Below, piece by piece: positions 19,597 to 26,966 of a stretch of 64,000 bases of DNA (positions are counted from its first letter, which is position 1; each line of letters starts with the position of its first letter). The stretch comes from a virus, in the IMG/VR virus record IMGVR_UViG_3300050166_000025, positions 32,001 through 96,000 of that record. One strand, 5' to 3'. A program made the position numbers and the translations under genes. The notes below the pieces were generated by a model that was not told the origin of the DNA, searched no databases, and saw only the letters and a list, made by a program, of their open reading frames with translations.

Positions 19597-19758
19597 TTAT
19601 TCTTCTAGCGCATCAATCTTGTCCTCTAATCTAACCATAAGGGCCTCAACAGATTCTACCATCGAAGACCAGCCCTTGGCCTTGTACTGCTCCAATCTGA
19701 TTGAAGCTTCTTCTAATTGAGTTAATAACATCTCAACCTTTAATTCATTTCTAGTCAT
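19597..19758 (-). CDS. small coiled-coil hypothetical protein (53 aa)
   Basis: Manual translation MTRNELKVEMLLTQLEEASIRLEQYKAKGWSSMVESVEALMVRLEDKIDALEE; fills the gap between neighbouring genes. Confidence 0.7.
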   Translation of the reverse strand: MTRNELKVEMLLTQLEEASIRLEQYKAKGWSSMVESVEALMVRLEDKIDALEE

Positions 19759-19770
19759 AACCTTTATTAT

Positions 19771-19992
19771 TTATAGTTCTACAATTTCTTCAAGTACTCC
19801 ATCATAATAAATTACATTCAACCCCAATGCGGGTAAGTCTACGTTATAGTATTCTTGATTGTAATTAGTCAGTGTAACATCTAACCAAGTGGATTCGATT
19901 CCGTTCTTTTCGCAAAAAGCATCGAATCTAACGGCATCCATTTTAGGTGCCTGTTCGTAAATTTCTTTCTTCGTAATCGCTATAGTGCTCAT
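19771..19992 (-). CDS. hypothetical early protein
   Basis: 73-aa ORF directly downstream of an early-type promoter. Confidence 0.65.
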   Translation of the reverse strand: MSTIAITKKEIYEQAPKMDAVRFDAFCEKNGIESTWLDVTLTNYNQEYYNVDLPALGLNVIYYDGVLEEIVEL

Positions 19993-20017
19993 CTTTTTAT
20001 TTGTTTGTTATTATGTA

Positions 20018-20050
20018 GTAAATATAATATAAAAAACCGACAAATAAAAA
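20018..20050 (-). promoter_or_regulatory. putative early (host sigma) promoter TTTTTATTTGTC-N12-TATATTTAC
   Basis: Identical boxes and spacing at 25596..25628; resembles the Bacteroidota TAnnTTTG -7 element. Confidence 0.6.
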
Positions 20051-20117
20051 TATTTTTCTGTTTATTTTTGAATAAATATCTCGTTATTAATCAAACAAAC
20101 AAAAATACTATAAGGAA

Positions 20118-20252
20118 ATGGCAAAAGCTGCAAATCCAATGGGTGGCGCTCTTAAAAAAGTTAAAAGAAGAGGTAAAGCTGCAAAAACAAAAACTTCATC
20201 GAGCAGAGGTTCTAAGAACTACGCAAAGAAGTATAGAGGCCAAGGCCGCTAA
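20118..20252 (+). CDS. 44-aa highly basic peptide ending YRGQGR
   Basis: MAKAANPMGGALKKVKRRGKAAKTKTSSSRGSKNYAKKYRGQGR; AATAAATA at 20071 upstream and a terminator right after. Confidence 0.75.
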   Translation: MAKAANPMGGALKKVKRRGKAAKTKTSSSRGSKNYAKKYRGQGR

Positions 20253-20257
20253 AATAC

Positions 20258-20282
20258 AAAAAGGACCGAAAGGTCCTTTTTT
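20258..20282. terminator. bidirectional intrinsic terminator
   Basis: aaaaa-ggacc-gaaa-ggtcc-tttttt between convergent genes. Confidence 0.85.
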
Positions 20283-20302
20283 AGTTTAAACGATGATACG
20301 CG

Positions 20303-21013
20303 TTAAACTTTTAAATACTTTAAGATTGAATCTTCTATTAAATCATCTGTGATATTGAAACTATATCCTGCACTGCCTTCTTGGTTCTTACTGAAACCTC
20401 CTTTACCAAACTTATGATCTAACCATGTTTGTAATTCAGATGTAGCATCAACTCCTTCTAAAGCATCTACGTCTTTAATTGTGGCTGGCACAAATTGAAC
20501 TACTCCAGAATTGTAAGTGATTAGGAAACTCACTTCCTGTTTAACTGCCTTTAGTTTATATTTAGCCTTAAATGAAACTGATTCATTTATGTTAGCAAAG
20601 CTCTCGTAGGTTTTAATCATTTGCATAAGTCTCTTTCTTTTCTTTTTCTCTTGTTTATATACTTCTTCTGCATCTCCTTGTCCTGAAGCTTTATCTCCAG
20701 AACCAACTCCACCGTTTGACAAATTTGGTAACTGTATTTTGCCCATTCCCGCGCCGGGCATTGAAGCACCTTGCGGAGATGTGTAGCTTGCTGCAAAGGC
20801 TAAGCCCTCTTCTGTCTTTTCGGGAGCCTCATCAGGAAGACCTTCATGCGGAGTTGAAGCAAAATCTTTTAACTCCTTCGTTGTCATACCAACTACAAGA
20901 TCCTTTACCTTGTCCCTGTATTCTGAAGAAACATTCTCTATTGACATACTGCCAGTTTTAACTGCGTATGCAATTCCCATTAATCTCTGTTGTGATTTTG
21001 AAGTAGCTGGCAT
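20303..21013 (-). CDS. putative internal head protein with DUF3008-like N-terminus
   Basis: MPATSKSQQRLMG..A...ELKDFAST...GLP; internal IKTYESF..INES motif. Confidence 0.6.
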   Translation of the reverse strand: MPATSKSQQRLMGIAYAVKTGSMSIENVSSEYRDKVKDLVVGMTTKELKDFASTPHEGLPDEAPEKTEEGLAFAASYTSPQGASMPGAGMGKIQLPNLSNGGVGSGDKASGQGDAEEVYKQEKKKRKRLMQMIKTYESFANINESVSFKAKYKLKAVKQEVSFLITYNSGVVQFVPATIKDVDALEGVDATSELQTWLDHKFGKGGFSKNQEGSAGYSFNITDDLIEDSILKYLKV

Positions 21014-21024
21014 ATTATTAATTT

Positions 21025-22227
21025 TTATTTTGAGTCAAATGATAAGTAAAAACCCGATCTAATTTCAACATTATTTTCGCCTACTTCTCTTTCATATTTT
21101 CCAACTATTTCAGTGTTGTTTTTACGAAGCAGCGCAGCATTTTGCATACCTCCTAATTTTTTAGAGAATTTATTAGAATCTACGTCATCTGCAAAACCAA
21201 TATTAATTACAAAATCCATTGGAATTCTAGCAATTAATTGATTTTCATTAGATGATTCCTCATCCCATTCTTCTCCACTTAAAGTTGCAACAATATAGAC
21301 AATAGATTCTTTATCCTTAACTTGCTTCATCACCTCTTGCTCGATGATTTTAGCACCTTCTTTATCAGCCCATTTAGACCATTCTTTGTTAATATTTTCT
21401 AAAGTTGATTTTGCATCTCCTTCAAATTTAACGTGTTCTACGTGTTTTTTAAATGCAAATAAAACCTTGCCCGGTATACCTTTGGCTCCATAAGAACTTG
21501 TTAATTGATACGCTTTTTCATTTAATTCATTTTCAACAAAGTCAGCGAAAGATTCATAAATAAATGTTTCGTTTGCTTTTTTTGTTCTCTGTTGGTGTAA
21601 CTTTTGTTGCAGAGCTCTTAATCTCTTGCCTTCTTCTTCTTTCTTATCAACTGCTTTTAATCTTGCTAATTGATTTTTCTTATATTGGGCTTTTTGTCTT
21701 TCGGCGTCTGTCATTGGTCTATAACCTGACTCATCAACCTCTTCTGTTTCTTTAATTAGATCTGAAAGATGCATGCCATTTTCTTTTCCAGTTTTAGTGT
21801 CCTTTAACTTGGCTTTGCCGCCTGAGATGCTAACAACCGTAAAAGTTTGAGTTGGATCTTCTCCAATAAATTTTCTTGAAACTGTATCTCCTACTTTGAT
21901 TTCAGAGTTGGATTCATTTGTAGTTTGAGAATTCTCCTTTGACATAATGATATGATTTAGTATTTTTTGTCCGTGTTTAGATAATGAAACCTGATCCTCT
22001 GTGACGTTAAAGTATCCTGCATTTCTTCTTAACCATCTAGAATCGTCTGCTGACATCTCCTTTAAGATAGCTTTAAAATCTGCTTTAGTAATCATGCCAT
22101 CTTTAATGGCTTCAATCACTCTATTTCTAACGTTTGCATGCTTACCGGCTGTTTTAGCAGGATATGCTTCAGTATATTGTCTCTTTAAAGTAATTTTAGA
22201 TTCGTTTAAGAAATCATCAAAATTCAT
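21025..22227 (-). CDS. putative internal head protein, modular
   Basis: N-terminal MNFDDFLNES (like a capsid-targeting sequence), several acidic xNE/xDE linkers, late promoter at 22251. Confidence 0.6.
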   Translation of the reverse strand: MNFDDFLNESKITLKRQYTEAYPAKTAGKHANVRNRVIEAIKDGMITKADFKAILKEMSADDSRWLRRNAGYFNVTEDQVSLSKHGQKILNHIIMSKENSQTTNESNSEIKVGDTVSRKFIGEDPTQTFTVVSISGGKAKLKDTKTGKENGMHLSDLIKETEEVDESGYRPMTDAERQKAQYKKNQLARLKAVDKKEEEGKRLRALQQKLHQQRTKKANETFIYESFADFVENELNEKAYQLTSSYGAKGIPGKVLFAFKKHVEHVKFEGDAKSTLENINKEWSKWADKEGAKIIEQEVMKQVKDKESIVYIVATLSGEEWDEESSNENQLIARIPMDFVINIGFADDVDSNKFSKKLGGMQNAALLRKNNTEIVGKYEREVGENNVEIRSGFYLSFDSK

Positions 22228-22259
22228 TTCTTTATTCTATTTTTATAATGTATATATCG

Positions 22260-23705
22260 CTATTTCATTTTAAATCCTAGCTTACCATTATCTGGGCTAT
22301 ATACTGACTGATTCGGTGCCTCGAAAGTAAATTTAACTCCCTCATTTGAGAAAGACTTAAGATGTAATAACATCTCCTGTTTCTTTGGAGCAAAGTCTAA
22401 ATACAATTGCTTGACTTCTAGCTTTGAGAGTAATTCTGTTAAAGCTGTCTGATAAACTTGATTTTGATTTAAAATATCTGTCACGTGATAGCAAAGTGGT
22501 CCAACTACTGCGCCATATACTTTTTTATCTTTTACCCTTGACCATTCTACTTTATTTCCTGAAGGTGCTCTACCTATTGTTTTATAGAAATCGGCAAAGA
22601 TAGTCATAAATTGATCTGGATTCTTCGCTAGAATTTCAGTGATGTATTGGTTTAAACTGTCTACTGTCACGTCGGCAATTCCTGTAATCTGTTGTAATTT
22701 AACGTATCCTGGCATTTGAAGATACTTTGCAATCTCTAAGTATCCTGAAGAAACTTTATTACCGTCAACTATTTGAAATATTTTATACAGTTGTTCTTGC
22801 GCATCTGTTGTTAACTGATCGGCCTTGATATTTTTAATGATTCCTGAAAGAGTAGGTGCAGCACCCGATTTATATTTAGAAGAAACTCCATACCCGTCAA
22901 TGTAAAAATCAACCAGCGGATTATTACCGGAAGGAAACTCAATTCCATCTACATATTTAGTAACTCCTAGCATATAGATTGCTCCTAGAATTTCACCAAA
23001 ATCTTTACCGACTGTATTTAGATCAGACGTATCGAAGTGTGTAATTAAGTGAGCTGTTTTGTTTGAATATTTAATGACTTCATCGAGAGTCTTAATAAAG
23101 CCCGGAGATTCAAAATTATATTTTGAACGATGTGATGCAACATCATCTACCATTGCATGTAATAAATCTACTATTACTTGCTGATCACTGAATTTATTGA
23201 TCACCGCTTGTTTTGTCAAACTTACAAGTTGACTCTGCTGTAAATAAGAATTGGGCAAACCTAGTCCCGTTGGAGTTAGTGCCTTTGAATTAAAAGAACC
23301 AACCGCAACATCATCGTTTACAATGTTAAACTCTAACCCTGCTGGAAATTCTAATCCTTTAATGGTGACTGCGTCCTCTAACTTTACTCTGTATGTGTAA
23401 TATTTTCCAGAGTACGATCCATTTCCGTAATTACCGGGTTCAACGGTTTCAACTGAATAGTTATTCAATTCCTTTTTAAGAATAGCATTTATATTGTTAA
23501 CTGTGTCAGACACAGTTTTACCCATCATATATCGTAGATGTTTAGGCCTTCTACCCGATTCAGATTTTCCATCATATCCAGCTTTATCTAAAACTGGTCT
23601 TATAAAATCTATTAGCTTTCCAGCGTCTGCTTGCTTAGATTCGTTGATCGCTTTGTTAAGCGCCATTTCAAATCTGGCTCTAATATCTCCTGGTGTAATT
23701 GCCAT
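22260..23705 (-). CDS. hypothetical protein, possible PD-(D/E)XK nuclease fold
   Basis: KDFGEILG...FP...NPLVDFYIDGYGVSSK resembles a restriction-endonuclease-like core; AINES near the N-terminus. Start set at MAITPG. Confidence 0.55.
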   Translation of the reverse strand: MAITPGDIRARFEMALNKAINESKQADAGKLIDFIRPVLDKAGYDGKSESGRRPKHLRYMMGKTVSDTVNNINAILKKELNNYSVETVEPGNYGNGSYSGKYYTYRVKLEDAVTIKGLEFPAGLEFNIVNDDVAVGSFNSKALTPTGLGLPNSYLQQSQLVSLTKQAVINKFSDQQVIVDLLHAMVDDVASHRSKYNFESPGFIKTLDEVIKYSNKTAHLITHFDTSDLNTVGKDFGEILGAIYMLGVTKYVDGIEFPSGNNPLVDFYIDGYGVSSKYKSGAAPTLSGIIKNIKADQLTTDAQEQLYKIFQIVDGNKVSSGYLEIAKYLQMPGYVKLQQITGIADVTVDSLNQYITEILAKNPDQFMTIFADFYKTIGRAPSGNKVEWSRVKDKKVYGAVVGPLCYHVTDILNQNQVYQTALTELLSKLEVKQLYLDFAPKKQEMLLHLKSFSNEGVKFTFEAPNQSVYSPDNGKLGFKMK

Positions 23706-23709
23706 TCTC

Positions 23710-25575
23710 TTATTTGTTAAATTCTTTGAATTGTTCAAATGTTAATATCTCTGATTCCTCAAAGGTTTCAACTGCTTCAACCAGGCTTAAAGATTTCTCT
23801 AGCTTTTCTTTCAACTCATTAAACATAGGGTGCAACGAGGACGGAGTCATCTTATTGAATTCTTTAGTGTCTCCTGACTCTAATGCTGCTCTAACTTTAG
23901 TGGCCGAGATATCGTCATCTCCTCTTTGAATCTCATGCAGTTCAAATTCTGGAAGAACTCCTAACTCCTCACGATACTTATCATTATTAACCATGTATCC
24001 ATAGGCTTTCATTCTATCGGTGCCTGTGCCCCATAAAACAGGTTCATACTTAGGTCTTAACTCGTTGAACATTACGTCAATTGCAGCAGATGGAACAACT
24101 ATCACATCCTTTAAGAACTTAAATTCTTTTTGAACGTGATTGAACATTTCAATCTGTGTTTCAGTGTCGTACGGTCTCTTGATTGCATCTTCTTTCTTTG
24201 CTTTTGCAGCCTTTACTAAGAATACAACCACTGGAAAACCATTTTTCTTGTATAATGTTTCTAAGACTTTGACGTGGCCTAGTGTAAATGGCTGAAATCT
24301 TCCAACGAAGATATTAACCTTCTCTTTTCCTTGCTCGGCATGAGCAACTTTAAGAGCCTCATTCAGGTTAGACTTAGTGGTCTTAATCTTATTATGAAGC
24401 ATATATGTGTTAAAATTATGGATAGCATTCTCATCTGTTACTTCAGAATAGATGTGCTCCTCAATTTTATCTATAATCTCGTTTAACTGGTCTATCATTG
24501 TTTGATTCATCAATGAAGACTCCTTAATTTTTCTCTTGTTGAATGAGCCTAAAATTATCTTAAACAACTCGGCTAACATTGGATTCTCAACGTAATTCAG
24601 TGTCTTTTCGTTCTCAATCCATTTTGTATTCAACTCGAACACCTCTGATTTTGCAAATTCTGCCGGCTGAAAATTAACGCCAACATACTTTGTGGCATTC
24701 TCTTTTACATAATCATTATACATTACTGAAATTAACTGAATGTATCTTTTATCGGCGGCCGCTTCTGTCAATTCAACCGCATCAATGCTGTAATTAGAAA
24801 AGAATTCTAAAATATCTACCATTGTTAATTGGTACATGTGACTGCCTTCTCTCGGCTCACTATTAGATTCGGCCTTTAGGTCATCTAACTTAAATGATTT
24901 GATTTGAGTAGAGTCAATAAAGCTAATCACTAATCCATCAATCGGCTTTACTAAATCTTCGTTTAAAACTGATTTATATGCAGAAGGATTAAACATCTTA
25001 TATACGTACTGTGTAAATGATTCGTTTGCAAATCTTGTAGTGTAAGCCTCATTTGAAGTGGCTAATAGATTTACTAGTAAATTTCGCTGTGATTCATCTA
25101 GAATACCCTCAAACACTACAGAGGGAGCCTGAACCTCTAGTTTAGTAGCCCATTCAGTTAAGATGACAGGGTCTGTTAGGACTTTCTTAACTTTTCCAGT
25201 ATTGCTTAACACTTGAATGTGTGAAAGAATCATTGAGTTATACGGAGTCTGATCATATTGAATTGAAGAAACTGAAGTCTCTGGTAAATAATCAAAGCCA
25301 AATTTCCAATCAGTTGGCATGTCTAGCTTAGTATTCTTTACTAGGGCTTGAAAATGCTTGATTCCTGTCTCGTATAATGATGTTAAAGTTCTATCTACCA
25401 TTGACATTGGCTCCGAGTTACCAGATTTAAAGTATTCAAAGCCTTCTAAACCTCTTCTAACGTGAAAAGAGGCCGCAGCAATCTTTTCAGTTACTACCAC
25501 CTTTTGTTTCAACATTTCATTGAAAGCGTTTGAATTTGTTGCTTGATAAAAGTCTTTAAGTCTTTGTAGTGCCAT
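23710..25575 (-). CDS. degenerate ligase-like domain fused to a HIGH-type cytidylyl/nucleotidyltransferase
   Basis: N-terminal VTEKIAA...DGLV...FKL; C-terminal GRFQPFTLGH, GTDR, ISATKVR. Confidence 0.75.
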   Translation of the reverse strand: MALQRLKDFYQATNSNAFNEMLKQKVVVTEKIAAASFHVRRGLEGFEYFKSGNSEPMSMVDRTLTSLYETGIKHFQALVKNTKLDMPTDWKFGFDYLPETSVSSIQYDQTPYNSMILSHIQVLSNTGKVKKVLTDPVILTEWATKLEVQAPSVVFEGILDESQRNLLVNLLATSNEAYTTRFANESFTQYVYKMFNPSAYKSVLNEDLVKPIDGLVISFIDSTQIKSFKLDDLKAESNSEPREGSHMYQLTMVDILEFFSNYSIDAVELTEAAADKRYIQLISVMYNDYVKENATKYVGVNFQPAEFAKSEVFELNTKWIENEKTLNYVENPMLAELFKIILGSFNKRKIKESSLMNQTMIDQLNEIIDKIEEHIYSEVTDENAIHNFNTYMLHNKIKTTKSNLNEALKVAHAEQGKEKVNIFVGRFQPFTLGHVKVLETLYKKNGFPVVVFLVKAAKAKKEDAIKRPYDTETQIEMFNHVQKEFKFLKDVIVVPSAAIDVMFNELRPKYEPVLWGTGTDRMKAYGYMVNNDKYREELGVLPEFELHEIQRGDDDISATKVRAALESGDTKEFNKMTPSSLHPMFNELKEKLEKSLSLVEAVETFEESEILTFEQFKEFNK

Positions 25576-25595
25576 TTCTTTCTGTTTGATTATAT

Positions 25596-25628
25596 GTAAA
25601 TATAACTAATTTTGTTGACAAATAAAAA
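25596..25628 (-). promoter_or_regulatory. putative early promoter TTTTTATTTGTC-N12-TATATTTAC
   Basis: Second exact copy of the motif at 20018..20050. Confidence 0.6.
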
Positions 25629-26912
25629 TTATCTGCCATATTTTATTATTCCCATCAGTTGATTAATGGCTGCAAACGTCCCAGTAAGCTTAAACAGCTT
25701 TCCTTTATATTGGAATACTAGGCCTTCAGATGGAACAATAGACTGGATTCCTCCAATTCTATCAAGTCTCTGTAGTTCTTTTTCAACCTTTGCTAACTGG
25801 CTTAGGTCTCCATTCTGTTTGATTTTATCTGCTTCAGTTTTAATCTGAGTGTGAAGTCTCTGCATCTCCTTATCAGGATTTGCCACTAAAAGATTTGAAA
25901 CGTTCTTTAAGACAACCGAACCCAACTCTAAGAAAATGTTCTCAAAAGGTTCGATGTTCTCTTTAAACTTCTTTTTAGCGTCCTCTTTATCGAAACGTTG
26001 AAACTCTTTGTATTCAGCGTCAGACATTTTCTTTGCCAGGTCTCTAATGTTAAGAGTCTTCTTATCATCAAAAGCCCATCTCTGAACTAAACCTGCCTTA
26101 TCGATTTCGTCTAGGTTCTTAAAGTCCTTGTCGATCAATTCTTTCCACCACATTGAATGGTATTTTGAAACCGGATCAGTGTCCTGTAAATGGTATCTGT
26201 TCTGTAAATCTGCTACTTTTTTCATGAAGTAGCCTTTCTTCTCTTCAAAATCGATTGCCTTGCCAATTTGTAATTCTTGAGGAGGAATAATCTGGAATAC
26301 AGATTGTATGTCTTTATTTACGCCTTTAATTGCGTTTGCAATTTGAGAAGCCAATTTAGAGTCTGCTCCAGTTTGATTTCCTTCACCGTCAGTATGAATC
26401 ATTCCATGGAATTGAATAACGTCTTTCTCATAGGAGATAACGTTTGCATTGCCTGAGTAGATTAGCTCCATGTTCATGAAAGATTTGCCTTCGTTGAATT
26501 CAGCCTGATCTTTCTTTGACAAGTGTTGCAGGGCTGATGTCAAGTCTTTTGCTGCGAAAGTAAATGTATCTTTAACTGCAGGCGATGGATGGTCTTGAAA
26601 CATCTGTGTAATTGTCGCTAAGTCAATAGGAGTTTTCATCTGCCCTTTGTTTCGTGCAAATAAGACTTGTCCGCCTTTCATTGTTACAAATAGATTTTGA
26701 CCATCTGTTTTTTCGGTTGGAGCCTCTTCAAAATTAAGACGACCTTGTAATGCAGCATCAACGATATGCTTGATTTCTCCAAATGTTAGAGTGTCATCGT
26801 CAAAGGGGTGCATCATGTGACCAGCTGCTCCACCTTCTAAAACTAGTGTTGGGAACTTATTGTTCCATTTTTCTAATAAGAAATCTTGAAATTTTAAAAG
26901 AGGTGTTTTCAT
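25629..26912 (-). CDS. ATP-dependent ligase-superfamily nucleotidyltransferase, putative virion-packaged
   Basis: EGGAAGHMMHPFD, motif I EKTDGQN, MELIY, motif IV EGLV, motif V FKLTG. Confidence 0.7.
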   Translation of the reverse strand: MKTPLLKFQDFLLEKWNNKFPTLVLEGGAAGHMMHPFDDDTLTFGEIKHIVDAALQGRLNFEEAPTEKTDGQNLFVTMKGGQVLFARNKGQMKTPIDLATITQMFQDHPSPAVKDTFTFAAKDLTSALQHLSKKDQAEFNEGKSFMNMELIYSGNANVISYEKDVIQFHGMIHTDGEGNQTGADSKLASQIANAIKGVNKDIQSVFQIIPPQELQIGKAIDFEEKKGYFMKKVADLQNRYHLQDTDPVSKYHSMWWKELIDKDFKNLDEIDKAGLVQRWAFDDKKTLNIRDLAKKMSDAEYKEFQRFDKEDAKKKFKENIEPFENIFLELGSVVLKNVSNLLVANPDKEMQRLHTQIKTEADKIKQNGDLSQLAKVEKELQRLDRIGGIQSIVPSEGLVFQYKGKLFKLTGTFAAINQLMGIIKYGR

Positions 26913-26920
26913 ATTAATGT

Positions 26921-26946
26921 AAAAAGACCTGGAATTATCCAGGTCT
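26921..26946 (-). terminator. hairpin/terminator after the polyprotein gene
   Basis: AGACCTGGA/TCCAGGTCT stem followed by TTTT. Confidence 0.65.
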
Positions 26947-26966
26947 ATTATTTATCTTTATTTATA

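Noticed and set aside
20005-20289. 94-aa plus-strand ORF
   Set aside because: It spans a promoter and a terminator; the nested 44-aa frame has a better start, motif and terminator fit.
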